Shown: positions 8,204 to 17,962, numbered from the stretch's first letter. The stretch is DNA of 20,000 bases from Candidatus Eiseniibacteriota bacterium (GCA_043809585.1 JBDROZ010000025.1:51417-71416), one strand, 5' to 3'. Translations and numbers: made by a program. Notes: generated from the sequence alone by a model not told the origin.

Positions 8204-9961
8204 CTACTTCTTCTTCATCTGCAGCCCGAGGTCATCCAGCAGCGCCGGATCCACATCCGACGGGCAGCCGTCCATGAGAGAGAGCCCGCTCATCGTCTTC
8301 GGAAACGCGATCACGTCCCGGATCGACTCGCCGCCCGTCAGGATCTGCACGATCCGGTCCCAACCGAACGCGATCCCCCCGTGGGGGGGCGCGCCGAATT
8401 TCAGGGAGTTCAGGAGAAACCCGAACCGCCGGTCCTGGTCCTCCCCCTTGATCCCGACAACCTCCATGATCTGCCGCTGCACCTCCGGGTCGTGATTACG
8501 GATCGAACCCGACGCGATCTCCACCCCGTTCAGCACCATGTCGTAGAGATGCCCGTGCACCTTCCCCGGATCGCTCGCGAGGAACTCCGCCTCCTCCTCG
8601 AAAGGCATCGTGAACATGTGGTGCGCCGGCTCCCACCGCTCCTCCTCCTCGCTCCACTCGAAGAGGGGGAACTTGTTCACCCAGAGGAACCGGACCGCCC
8701 CCTTCTCCGCGAGATCGAGGCGCCGCCCCACCTCCACCCGGACCGCGCCGAGAGAAGTGAGCGCCTTCTTCCACGGCCCGGCGATCATGAGAACCAGGTC
8801 CCCCTCCTTCGCGCCGAGGGCCCCCGTCAGCTTTTCGAAGTCGAAGAACTTCCCGACGCCGCCGTCGAACCCCCCCCCTTTCACCCGGGTCCACGCCAGA
8901 CCGTGGGCGCCATGTTTCTTGGCGAGCTCTTCGAGCGTGTCGATCTCCTTACGGGAGAACGACGCCCCTCCCGACACCACGAAGCCCCGTACCGCCCCGT
9001 CCTTCCCTTCCAGCACCCCGTGAAACGCCTTGAACTCCGACGCCCGCGCCGCCTCGTCGAGGTTCACCAGATCCAAATCGAACCGGACGTCCGGCTTGTC
9101 GCTCCCGTACCGCTCCATCGCCTCGTGATAGTTCAGGATCGGGATGGGAGTCGGTATGTCGACACCGAGCGTCTCCTTCCAGACCGCCGCCATCAACCCT
9201 TCCATGATGCGGAAGACCTCAGCCTCCGTCGTGAAGGAGATCTCGATGTCGATCTGCGTGAACTCCGGCTGCCGGTCCGCGCGGAGGTCCTCGTCCCGGA
9301 GACACTTGGCGAGCTGGAAGTAACGGTCGAAGCCGGAGATCATCAGGATCTGCTTGTAGATCTGGGGGGACTGGGGGAGGGAGTAGAACTTCCCCGGATG
9401 AACGCGGCTCGGCACGAGGTAGTCCCGCGCCCCCTCCGGCGAGTTCCGGACGAGAAGGGGCGTCTCGATCTCGAGGAAGCCGCGATCGACGAGGTAGCGC
9501 CGGACCGCCTGGGAGGCGACGCTTCTCTGGACGATGCGCCGGGACATCACCTCCCGCCGGAGGTCGAGGAAGCGGTACGTGAGGCGCATCTCGTCGGTGG
9601 CGTCCACCTCCTCCTCGATGACGAAGGGGGGCGTCTCGGAGCGGTTCAGCACCCGGAGCTCCGACGCCACCACCTCGACGCCGCCGGTCGGCAGGTTCTT
9701 GTTGCGGAGCCCCTCGGGGCGCTCCCGGACCTTCCCGGCCACGGCGACCACGTACTCCCTCTTCAACTCCCTCGCTTCGCCGAGATCGACCGGGCCGTCC
9801 GGCTCGAACACCACCTGCGTCAGGCCGAACCGGTCCCGGAGGTCGAAGAAGAAGATGCCGCCCTGATCCCGCATTCGGTGGACCCATCCCATGAGCACCA
9901 CCTCTTCCCCGGCGTGCCCGGCCCGTAGCTCTCCGCAGTTGTGGGTTCGGGTCCCTTTCAT
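8204..9961 (-). CDS. aspS: Aspartate--tRNA ligase, bacterial type with GAD insertion
   Basis: RTHNCGEL, GWVHRMRD, YRFLDLRR, EGARDYLVPSR, LPQSPQ, RDEDLRADRQPEFTQID, GAPPHGGIAFGWDR and IRDVIAFPKT. ATG 9961 overlaps the hisS stop (ATGA). Confidence 0.98.
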   Translation of the reverse strand: MKGTRTHNCGELRAGHAGEEVVLMGWVHRMRDQGGIFFFDLRDRFGLTQVVFEPDGPVDLGEARELKREYVVAVAGKVRERPEGLRNKNLPTGGVEVVASELRVLNRSETPPFVIEEEVDATDEMRLTYRFLDLRREVMSRRIVQRSVASQAVRRYLVDRGFLEIETPLLVRNSPEGARDYLVPSRVHPGKFYSLPQSPQIYKQILMISGFDRYFQLAKCLRDEDLRADRQPEFTQIDIEISFTTEAEVFRIMEGLMAAVWKETLGVDIPTPIPILNYHEAMERYGSDKPDVRFDLDLVNLDEAARASEFKAFHGVLEGKDGAVRGFVVSGGASFSRKEIDTLEELAKKHGAHGLAWTRVKGGGFDGGVGKFFDFEKLTGALGAKEGDLVLMIAGPWKKALTSLGAVRVEVGRRLDLAEKGAVRFLWVNKFPLFEWSEEEERWEPAHHMFTMPFEEEAEFLASDPGKVHGHLYDMVLNGVEIASGSIRNHDPEVQRQIMEVVGIKGEDQDRRFGFLLNSLKFGAPPHGGIAFGWDRIVQILTGGESIRDVIAFPKTMSGLSLMDGCPSDVDPALLDDLGLQMKKK

Positions 9962-11223
9962 CCCATCGACTCCTTCTCGATCTCGTCTTCCAACCGGTCC
10001 CTCCGGACCGTGGTCTGCTCGCCCGTGTCCAGCCGTTTCACGGTCACCGTCCCCGACGCGAGTTCCTCCTCGCCGAGGAGGATGAGCAGGTCCGCCCCCG
10101 CCCTGTTCGCGTGCTTCAAGACGGTCTTCAGATTGCGTGTCTTGTTCGACCCGTCCGCGTGGTACCGGTCCCGAAGTCCCGTGATCAGGGGGAAGATCTC
10201 CCCTTCGGCCCCCTCGGCGAGGGGGGCCACGAAGAGCCGCACCTCCTTCTCCGTTTCCCACGCGATGCCGAGCTCCTCCGCCACCGTCACGATCCTCTCC
10301 ATGCCGGCCGAGAAGCCGACTCCGGGGGTCCGGGGCCCGCCGAGTTCCTCCACGAGCCCGTCGTACCGGCCGCCCCCGCCGAGGGCGCTCTGGGCGCCGA
10401 GCTTCTCGTGGTGGATCTCGTAAACGGTCCTCGTGTAGTAGTCGAGCCCCCGCACGAGGGCGTCGTCCCGTTCGTGCCGGATGCCGGCGCCGCGGAGGGC
10501 GCTTCGCACCTCCTCGAGGTGCCTCCCGCACTCGTCGCAGAGGTGATCGAGGAAGGGGGGCACCCCCTCGATCACCGCCCGGTCCTCCGTCTCCTTGCTG
10601 TCGAGGACCCGAAGCGGATTCCGTTCGAGCCGCTCCCGGCTGAGTTCCGAGAGATCCCCCGCCCGGTCCCGGAGATACGCGACCAACAAGTCGACGTACT
10701 TCGGGCGGCAGGCTGGGTCGCCGACGGAGCCGAGCCTGACGGTCACCTCGTCGAGGCCGAGAACACGAAGGATCTGGACGAAGACGGCGATCGTCTCGGC
10801 GTCGTAGAAGGCTTCCTCCGAACCGAGCACCTCGATGCCGAACTGGTGGAACTGCCGGAAGCGCCCCTTCTGGGGACGCTCGTAGCGGAACATGGGGCCC
10901 ATATAGAAGTACCGGGCGATCGGCCGCTCCCGGCCGAGATTGTGCTCGAGGTAGGCCCGGCAGACCGACGCGGTCCCCTCGGGGCGGAGGGTCAGGCTCC
11001 GTCCCTTCCGGTCGGGGAACGTGTACATCTCCGTCTGGACGATGTCCGTGTCGCTCCCGATCCCCCGGGCGAAAAGCTCCGTCGCCTCGAACAGGGGTGT
11101 CCGGATCTCCTCGTACCCGGCCCGGCCCGCCACCATCCGCACGCCGTCCTCCATGATCCGCCAACGGTCCACGACGGGACCGAATAGGTCCTGGGTCCCC
11201 CGAATCGCCTTGATACGCGCCAC
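9958..11223 (-). CDS. hisS: Histidine--tRNA ligase
   Basis: IRGTQD, EMYTF, LRPEGTA, GPMFRYERPQKGRFRQFHQFG, LVRGLDYY, GGGGRYDGL and GMERI, plus a C-terminal anticodon-binding domain; GTG start at 11223. Confidence 0.98.
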   Translation of the reverse strand: MARIKAIRGTQDLFGPVVDRWRIMEDGVRMVAGRAGYEEIRTPLFEATELFARGIGSDTDIVQTEMYTFPDRKGRSLTLRPEGTASVCRAYLEHNLGRERPIARYFYMGPMFRYERPQKGRFRQFHQFGIEVLGSEEAFYDAETIAVFVQILRVLGLDEVTVRLGSVGDPACRPKYVDLLVAYLRDRAGDLSELSRERLERNPLRVLDSKETEDRAVIEGVPPFLDHLCDECGRHLEEVRSALRGAGIRHERDDALVRGLDYYTRTVYEIHHEKLGAQSALGGGGRYDGLVEELGGPRTPGVGFSAGMERIVTVAEELGIAWETEKEVRLFVAPLAEGAEGEIFPLITGLRDRYHADGSNKTRNLKTVLKHANRAGADLLILLGEEELASGTVTVKRLDTGEQTTVRRDRLEDEIEKESMG

Positions 11224-11228
11224 TGGTT

Positions 11229-11612
11229 CTATCCCTCTCGTTTCTTTCGCGCCCGGGTTTCCTGGATGACCTGGGCGATCGCGACACCGGCGCCGTCGGC
11301 GAGCCAGTCGTTCCGGTCCCGACTCCGGCCGACGGTCCCCTGGTAGAATTCGTCGATGGCGCCGTAGAGGAGGCCGCCCGCGATCACGATCGCCCACGCC
11401 CACCGGCGGAGACCGGGGCGGGCCGACCGGCGGAGGACATCCCCCCAGAGCCAGGCGAGGATCCCGTATTCGATCAGGTGGAAGATCTTGTCGTAATGGA
11501 AGAGCGGTGGGGCCTGCTCCGGCAGCCTCGGGATCGACGACACCCCGATGATGAGAAGCGTCCAGGCGATCGCGAGAGGCAGCCTCGGAATCTTCCACCC
11601 TTTCCCGAACAT
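11229..11612 (-). CDS. VanZ-like family membrane protein
   Basis: Hydrophobic segments with DKIFHLIEYGIL, YGAIDEFYQ, GRS and DWLAD motifs. Confidence 0.9.
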   Translation of the reverse strand: MFGKGWKIPRLPLAIAWTLLIIGVSSIPRLPEQAPPLFHYDKIFHLIEYGILAWLWGDVLRRSARPGLRRWAWAIVIAGGLLYGAIDEFYQGTVGRSRDRNDWLADGAGVAIAQVIQETRARKKREG

Positions 11613-11666
11613 TCTGGGGGCCTCCCGCCCGGCGCCGGGAGAGCCCGCGCCCGTTCTCTGAGAATG

Positions 11667-11695
11667 ACGCTAGCATCCGCCATGCGCCCGGTCAA
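11667..11695 (-). promoter_or_regulatory. Putative sigma70 promoter for vanZ-hisS-aspS
   Basis: Minus strand TTGACC (11695-11690), 17-nt spacer, TGc-TAGCGT extended -10 (11672-11667). Confidence 0.55.
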
Positions 11696-11711
11696 GGAGG
11701 GGTGGCGGCCG

Positions 11712-13169
11712 CTAGAGTTTCACCGCCTCTTCGACGAGACGCCGCCGGACGAGGTCTACGTCGTCCGCCGTCGTCCGGATGTTTCCGATGGTGACCCGGA
11801 GGGCGTAGCGCCCCTTCAGGACCGCGTGGGAGAGGTAGGCGTCACCGCTTCGGTTGATCCCCTCCAGGATCGACCCGTTCTTCGCCACGAGCTCCTCTTC
11901 CCCCTTCGTCGTCCCCCCCCCTCCCCGGTGCCGGAAACAGACCGTCGAGAAGGGGGTCGGGGCGAGGCGTTCCCACTCCTCCTCGCCGTCCACCCAATCG
12001 GCGAACCGGCGGGCGAGATCACAGTGAAACCGGATCCGCTCCTCGATCCCCTTCCTGCCGAAGGCGCGGAGCACGAACCAGAGCTTGAGCGCCCGGAAGC
12101 GGCGTCCGAGCTGGAAGCCGTAGTCCATCGGGTCGTCCGCCCGCTCCCCGGTGCGGAGATACTCGGGAAGGATCGAGAAGGCCCGGCGGAAGGCCTCGGC
12201 ATCCTTGAAATAGAAAGCGCTTGCGTCGACGGGGGTGAAGATCCACTTGTGGGGGTTCACGACGATCGTGTCCGCCCGCTCCCACCCGGCGAAGAGCCCC
12301 CGCTTCTCCGGGAGAAACGCGGCCGCCCCGGCGTAGGCGCCGTCGGCGTGGAGCCAGAGATTCTCCTCCTCGCAGAGGTCGGCGATCCCGTGCATCGGAT
12401 CGACGCCGTTCGCCGCCGTCGTGCCGAGGGTGGCGACCACGGCGAAGGGGCTCCGTCCCGCCCCCCGGTCGACCCGGACCGATTCCCGAAGCGCGGCGAC
12501 ATCCATCCGGTAGTTCCGGTCCGACGGCACCCGCACCACGTGGTCGAGTCCGAGCCCGAGGATGACGGCCGCCTTCTCCACCGACATGTGGGCCTCTTCG
12601 GAGCAGTAGAGCCGGAGGGGGGACTCCTGCCCGTAGAGCCCCTTCCGGCGGACGTCGAATCCGGTCGCCTTCTCCCGCCCCACCGTGAGCGAGAGGAGGG
12701 TCGCCGTCGACGCCGCGTCCGCCATGATGCCGTGGAAACCGTCGGGGAGCCCGAGCCCCCGGGCGAGCCAGCGGAGGGTCCGCTGCTCGAGCTCCGCCGA
12801 GGCCGGGTTCGTCACCCACTTCATGCCGTTCGTGTTCAGCGCCGCCGAGTAGAGCTCGCCGAGGATCCCGGGAACCGAACCGCTGATCGCGAAGTAGGCG
12901 AAGAAGCGGGGATGGTTCCAGTGGGTGACCCGGGGAACCACGAGTTCCCGGAAATCCCGCTCGATCCGCTCGAGGGACTCCCCGTCCTCGGGCATTTCCT
13001 CCGGGAGGTCGGCGAGAAGGTCCCCTTCCGCGGCCCGGGCACGGACCGGATGGTCTCGTGTGCGGTCGAGATAGTCCCCGATCCAGCGGAGCGCCCTCTC
13101 TCCGCCGGAGAGAAGCTCCCCCGAAGGGAGGTCTCCGGGCCCACAAAGATTGATCTCCTTCTTCGACAT
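11712..13169 (-). CDS. Group II PLP-dependent decarboxylase (aromatic-L-amino-acid decarboxylase-like)
   Basis: THWNHPRFFAYF, PASAELE, AHMSVEKA, ATLGTT, WLHADGAYAG, NPHKW (PLP lysine) and GRRFRALKLW. Likely start ATG 13169. Confidence 0.93.
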   Translation of the reverse strand: MSKKEINLCGPGDLPSGELLSGGERALRWIGDYLDRTRDHPVRARAAEGDLLADLPEEMPEDGESLERIERDFRELVVPRVTHWNHPRFFAYFAISGSVPGILGELYSAALNTNGMKWVTNPASAELEQRTLRWLARGLGLPDGFHGIMADAASTATLLSLTVGREKATGFDVRRKGLYGQESPLRLYCSEEAHMSVEKAAVILGLGLDHVVRVPSDRNYRMDVAALRESVRVDRGAGRSPFAVVATLGTTAANGVDPMHGIADLCEEENLWLHADGAYAGAAAFLPEKRGLFAGWERADTIVVNPHKWIFTPVDASAFYFKDAEAFRRAFSILPEYLRTGERADDPMDYGFQLGRRFRALKLWFVLRAFGRKGIEERIRFHCDLARRFADWVDGEEEWERLAPTPFSTVCFRHRGGGGTTKGEEELVAKNGSILEGINRSGDAYLSHAVLKGRYALRVTIGNIRTTADDVDLVRRRLVEEAVKL

Positions 13170-13236
13170 GGGGTTGGACCCCCTTTCCTCATTCGGTTTC
13201 GAAGTGAGAACCACCGGTGCGACGCCCCTCGAACCG

Positions 13237-13245
13237 TGCTATAGT
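13237..13245 (+). promoter_or_regulatory. Extended -10 element upstream of the C25 peptidase gene
   Basis: TGcTATAGT ends 8 nt before ATG 13254; no SD sequence in between. Confidence 0.5.
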
Positions 13246-13253
13246 AACCTCAT

Positions 13254-16200
13254 ATGATCTGCTTCTCTTCACGGAATCCGCGCGATCGGTTCCCCCTCCG
13301 AATCGCTTTCATCCTCCTCGTCCTCGCGGCGGCACCCGCCCGGGGAGAAACGTATCCGGACGTCCGGATCCGCGTCTCGGCGGGGGAGTACGAGATCCGG
13401 GAGGTGACCGTCCAAGGGGCGACCTACCGGCGCGTCATCCCGGACCATCCGAGGTCCGTGGGCGAAGCGGGCTTTCCCGATCTCCCGAGGCGCACCTACC
13501 TCGTGGCCGTGCCCGACGGATACCGCGCTCGGGCGACGGTCTTCGCGAGCGAGCATGTCGACCTGCCCGGCCCTCCGGTCGAGCCCTTCCCCAAGGATAC
13601 GATCGTCGGCCCCGACGGGACGCCGGTCGCCCTCCCCTTCCGGGACGAGGGGTTCCATCGCTCCTCCGCCTGGTATCCCGGCGAACTCGTCACCGTGGGC
13701 GAACCGGCCGGCTTCCGGCGCCACACGGTGGTGCCCGTCACGGTCCACACCTTCCGCACCGTGCCGGGGAGCGGACTCCTTCGGGTCTACTCCTCCGTCG
13801 ACGTCCATGTCCGCTTCGAAAAGGACCCGGGGAAGGCGCCCCCCCTCACGGAACCGGTCGGGGACGAGGGGGCTTGGGAGAGCGTCTACCGCAGCGCCAT
13901 CGTGAACTACGAGGAGGCCCGCGCCTTTCGCTCCCGGCCCGCCCGCTCCGGACCGCCCCCCCGCCTTCCGGGCAAACGGTTCGGTGAGGAGGAGTGGAAG
14001 CTCCGCGTGAAAGAGAGCGGGCTCTACCGCGTCGGATACGAAGAGCTTGCCGCCGCCGGGTTCCCGGCGGGCGTCGCGATCGGGGCCCTCACCCTCGCAC
14101 GCCGGGGGTTCGACGACAAGGAGATGGAAGAGGGGCGCGACCCGTTCACGGTGAAGATCCTCCCGATCGAGGTGGTCGACGAGGGGGGCGACGGCTTCTT
14201 CGGCGCCGGCGACGCGCTCGTCGCCTACCTTCCCGGATTCCGGGAAGACCGGATGGAGCGGGACGACGGCGACCGCTTCGCGACGAAAGCGGTCTATTTC
14301 CTGACCGAAGGGGAGGGTTCGCCCCCCTTCGAAACGAAGAGCGGGTGGCGCGGATTCGCCGGCCTCACGCCCCTCCCCTCCTTCCCCGACTCGGTCCGGT
14401 GGGAGGAGGACATCTTTTACGACATCGGCCCCGTCTCGGACACGACGGACTACTACTACGGATCCGGCAAGACCGAAGACCTTCTGGAGACGACCGTGGA
14501 CCTCCCCGCCGCCGATCCGGCGGGGAGCTTTCGCGTGAAAGGAATGACCGTCAGCACTCTCCAGAGCAGCCGCCGCTACCACCGGTACATGCTCGTTCAA
14601 GAGGCGACAGGGGACACGGTCTTCAATGAAGTGGTCAACCGAGAAAGCCCGGCCCTCTTCCGGAGCGACTCTCTCTTCTCTTCGGCGTCGTTGACGGTGG
14701 GGGAGAACGGATTCACCTACCTCGGCTTTCGGGGCTCCAGCCAGGACAACACGGACGTGGCCGGCGCCGGCGGCTTCCTCGACTGGTACGAGATCCATAC
14801 CGACTTCCTCTACCGGACCCGGAACGGCTACACCCGGTTCAGCACCGGGAAGGCGTCCGGGTCTTCCCAGATGGAAGTCGCGGGGTTCCCCGGAGCGGAC
14901 CTCTTCGTCCTGGACGTGACCGACGGGTACGCTCCGGTGAAGGTCTCCGTCGACTCGGTCCGGAGCGAAGGGGACGGGACATTCACCCTCGTGATGCAGG
15001 AGAGCGCCCCGTCGACGCGGGCTTACGTGGCGGCGGCGGAGGGGTTCTTCCGGCCCCTCGGCGAAGGGTCGATCGTCCGCTCCACGCACGCCGATCTCGC
15101 CTCCCGGGAGGCGGACTATCTGATCCTCGTTCACGACGATCTCGCGGGCGCGGCCGTCGAAGAGCTCGCCGCCCACCGGGAAGCCCAAGGACTCTCGGTG
15201 ACGACGGCGAAGATCAGCGAGGTGTACGACGAGTTCCACGGCGGCCCGAAAGACCCACGGGCGATCCAGCGCTACTTCCGCTTCGCCATGGAGTGGTGGT
15301 CGAACCCGCCGGAGTTCGCCCTCCTCGTCGGCGACGGTTACGAGGACTACAAGGGGATCGCGGGGAACGCGGACTCGACGGAGTTCGACTTCATCCCCGC
15401 CTACCCCATCTGGGATCCGTTGCCCGTGGGGGGGGTCGATCACTGGACCGCGAGCGATCCGTGGTACGCGCTTTTGGATGGGTATTACGACTATCTGCCG
15501 GAAATACTGATCGGCCGCTTTCCGGCGGGGAGCGTCGAGGAAGTGGAGACCCTCGTGGAGAAGACCATCGCCTACGAGTCCGAAGACCCCGGCGCGGCCT
15601 GGCGGAGGCGGGTCTTCTTCGTGGCCGACGACGCCTGGACGAAGGACGGCGCTCTCCTCCCCTACAGGAACTCGAACCAGACCCAGTTCGAGACCGGGTC
15701 CCGGGCGCTCGCGGAGAGGGTCACGTCCCAATCGGCGGTGCGGGCGGACACGTCGACCCTCTGGCTCTCGCGGCACACCGACATCTACCATCCCCTCTGC
15801 CCCGCCGCTCCCCCCTACGACAACGATCCGAGATATGCCGATCTGCTCTGCACGGTCGAACTGGTCCGGGACCCCGCTACGGGGGTGACGGCGGAGTTCT
15901 TCGACCGATCGAACGGGGAGGGGGCCTTCCTCGTGAACTTCCAGGGGCACGGGAGCCGCTCCTCCCTCACCCACGAGATCTTCCTCGTCGAGGGGAAGGA
16001 GGGGGCGTACACGAACCAGGACCTCTTCGACCTGAGCGACTACTCGACCCCCGGGAGCGCCCCCTACGTCTTCATGGGATACGGGTGCAACATCTCCGAG
16101 TTCGAGCAGTTCAACTCGTTCGGCTTCGACGCCCTCGGCGAGGTGATGGTCCTCATGCCCGGAACCGGCGCGGTCCTCACATACGGCTCGACCGCTATCG

Positions 16201-17933
16201 AGTACCTCACGGCCAACCTCCGGCTGAACGACTGGGTGCTCGATTATTTCTACCCCTCCCGGGGGGACTCGGCGAAGGTTCGTGACTCATGGGAACCTCG
16301 AAGGGCGGGCGAGATCTTCGCCCCCGCCATGGCGGAATACGCGGCGGACAACTACGCGTACGCGACGGCCCGCCGCTACGTGATCCTCGGCGACCCGGCC
16401 CTCCGGATCGGTCCGTTCCCGCCGGAAGTGACCGTCGCCGCCGGCGCCGACACGCTCGCCGACGGCGCGGCCGTCGTCCCCCCCGCGGATGGCCCCCTCG
16501 CGGTGGAGATGAGCTACGCGGGCGACCTCTGGGTCGACGAAGGTGAGGACATTCTGGTCTTCGAGGGGGGCTCCCCCGCCGACTCCTCCCGGGTGAGCGT
16601 GACCTCCGGAGTCGACGCCGAGAGCGCGCGCTGGCTCTGGACGGTCCGGTACGAGCGCCCCGCGGGGGAGACGGGGGGCGAAATCCTCTTTCGGATCGAC
16701 GACGTCTGGGGGGGCCGGACGTCGCGCACCGTCAAGACCGATGTCCCTCTCGCCGTCTTCTTCGACGGGGTCCTTTACGACGACACGCTCGGCGTGGCGC
16801 CCGTGACCGACCTGGAGGTCCGAATCTCCACGGTCTCCTCCCTCGACACCGGCGACGTCCGCGCGACCGTGGGGGACCTCTCCCGCCACACCGATTCCCT
16901 CACCCGGGAAGGGGACTCGGTCTGGGTCGCCCGCTTCGATGAGTTCGCCCTTCCCGAGGGGATGCAGAACGTGGAGATCGCCGTCGGCGGTCTCCGGCGA
17001 ACCTATCCGGTGTGGGTCGCGGGGAACGCCCTCGACCTCGCCGCGACGGTCGACGGGAAGCCGGTCGCCAGTGGCCACCATCTCCTCGGCCACCGGGACG
17101 GGACGGCCCCCGAGATCGCCCTCACGGCGCGGGACCTCCGGGGGGGAACGGTCGACTCGGTCCGCGTCCTCCGGGGGGAGGCGTTCGTCGACCGATCGCT
17201 CTACTCGGTCACGCCGGACACGATCGGCGGCCGGCACGGGCTCCTCGTCCTGTACGCTCCGAACCTCGGCGCGGGGGAAGGGGAGATCCGGATCGAGGCG
17301 TTCGGAGAGAGGGGAACCGCCCTCTTCCTCTTCGGCGCCTCCCTCCCGATCACGCTCCGCATCGGCGGGGCGGCGGTCCTCGACGGCGACTTCATCGCGC
17401 CGATGAGCGAGGCCCGCGCGGAAGCGGTCTACCCCCACGACCTTCCCGCGGAGGAGGCGGAGTTCCTCTTCGACGGAGTCTCCCTCCCCATCGACACGCT
17501 CAGGAAAGAAGGGACGGACCGGTGGATCGCCGTGGCGAAAACGGACGCGGGGGGGGGCGGGCACGAGATCGTCTTCCGCGCGGGGGGATTCTCGGCCACC
17601 CGGAAGGTGGTCGTCGAGAACCGGCTCCGGGTGGTGGAGCCCCTCTGCTACCCGAACCCCGTGCGGAGCCGGGCCGGGTTCGTCTACTCCCTCACCCTCC
17701 CCGCCGACGACGTGCGCCTCGAGATCTACACCGTCCGGGGGCTCCGGATCCGGACGCTCGGCGGGCTCTCGGCGAACGCGGGCTACAACGAAAACCGGGA
17801 GGTCTGGGACGGGCGCGACCAAGATGGTGACCCGCTGGCCCGGGGGGTCTATCCTTTCCGGGTGACCGCCTCCCGGGAAGGCGAGAAGGCCGAGGCGATC
17901 GGCACTCTCGTCATCGGGCCGGAAGGCGATTGA
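13254..17933 (+). CDS. C25 (gingipain/PorU-like) cysteine peptidase with propeptide, Ig-like repeats and FlgD/T9SS-like C-terminal domain
   Basis: Signal peptide (ARG-E) and C25 propeptide-like GEAGFPDLP...VAVP. PorU-like KLRVKESGLYRVGYEEL. C25 core ADYLILVH, VYDEFHGG, LLVGDG, ASDPWY, IGRFPA, FVADD, VNFQGHG (His), GYGCN (Cys) and ILGDPAL. C-terminal YPNP...WDGRDQDGDPLARGVY. Confidence 0.92.
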   Translation: MICFSSRNPRDRFPLRIAFILLVLAAAPARGETYPDVRIRVSAGEYEIREVTVQGATYRRVIPDHPRSVGEAGFPDLPRRTYLVAVPDGYRARATVFASEHVDLPGPPVEPFPKDTIVGPDGTPVALPFRDEGFHRSSAWYPGELVTVGEPAGFRRHTVVPVTVHTFRTVPGSGLLRVYSSVDVHVRFEKDPGKAPPLTEPVGDEGAWESVYRSAIVNYEEARAFRSRPARSGPPPRLPGKRFGEEEWKLRVKESGLYRVGYEELAAAGFPAGVAIGALTLARRGFDDKEMEEGRDPFTVKILPIEVVDEGGDGFFGAGDALVAYLPGFREDRMERDDGDRFATKAVYFLTEGEGSPPFETKSGWRGFAGLTPLPSFPDSVRWEEDIFYDIGPVSDTTDYYYGSGKTEDLLETTVDLPAADPAGSFRVKGMTVSTLQSSRRYHRYMLVQEATGDTVFNEVVNRESPALFRSDSLFSSASLTVGENGFTYLGFRGSSQDNTDVAGAGGFLDWYEIHTDFLYRTRNGYTRFSTGKASGSSQMEVAGFPGADLFVLDVTDGYAPVKVSVDSVRSEGDGTFTLVMQESAPSTRAYVAAAEGFFRPLGEGSIVRSTHADLASREADYLILVHDDLAGAAVEELAAHREAQGLSVTTAKISEVYDEFHGGPKDPRAIQRYFRFAMEWWSNPPEFALLVGDGYEDYKGIAGNADSTEFDFIPAYPIWDPLPVGGVDHWTASDPWYALLDGYYDYLPEILIGRFPAGSVEEVETLVEKTIAYESEDPGAAWRRRVFFVADDAWTKDGALLPYRNSNQTQFETGSRALAERVTSQSAVRADTSTLWLSRHTDIYHPLCPAAPPYDNDPRYADLLCTVELVRDPATGVTAEFFDRSNGEGAFLVNFQGHGSRSSLTHEIFLVEGKEGAYTNQDLFDLSDYSTPGSAPYVFMGYGCNISEFEQFNSFGFDALGEVMVLMPGTGAVLTYGSTAIEYLTANLRLNDWVLDYFYPSRGDSAKVRDSWEPRRAGEIFAPAMAEYAADNYAYATARRYVILGDPALRIGPFPPEVTVAAGADTLADGAAVVPPADGPLAVEMSYAGDLWVDEGEDILVFEGGSPADSSRVSVTSGVDAESARWLWTVRYERPAGETGGEILFRIDDVWGGRTSRTVKTDVPLAVFFDGVLYDDTLGVAPVTDLEVRISTVSSLDTGDVRATVGDLSRHTDSLTREGDSVWVARFDEFALPEGMQNVEIAVGGLRRTYPVWVAGNALDLAATVDGKPVASGHHLLGHRDGTAPEIALTARDLRGGTVDSVRVLRGEAFVDRSLYSVTPDTIGGRHGLLVLYAPNLGAGEGEIRIEAFGERGTALFLFGASLPITLRIGGAAVLDGDFIAPMSEARAEAVYPHDLPAEEAEFLFDGVSLPIDTLRKEGTDRWIAVAKTDAGGGGHEIVFRAGGFSATRKVVVENRLRVVEPLCYPNPVRSRAGFVYSLTLPADDVRLEIYTVRGLRIRTLGGLSANAGYNENREVWDGRDQDGDPLARGVYPFRVTASREGEKAEAIGTLVIGPEGD

Positions 17934-17962
17934 TCCGGCCCTCGGACCACGAGGATCCCCCC

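Noticed and set aside
7790-9928. Long antisense ORFs (712 aa here; also 11478-13244, 13269-15974, 16287-17822 and 17849-19129)
   Set aside because: Shadow frames opposite well-supported genes, as expected in high-GC DNA.
9962-11287. 1027-aa ORF suggesting an N-terminally extended AspRS
   Set aside because: The extension is an alternative frame over hisS with Arg/Gly/Pro-rich junk. Real aspS starts at ATG 9961, coupled to the hisS stop.
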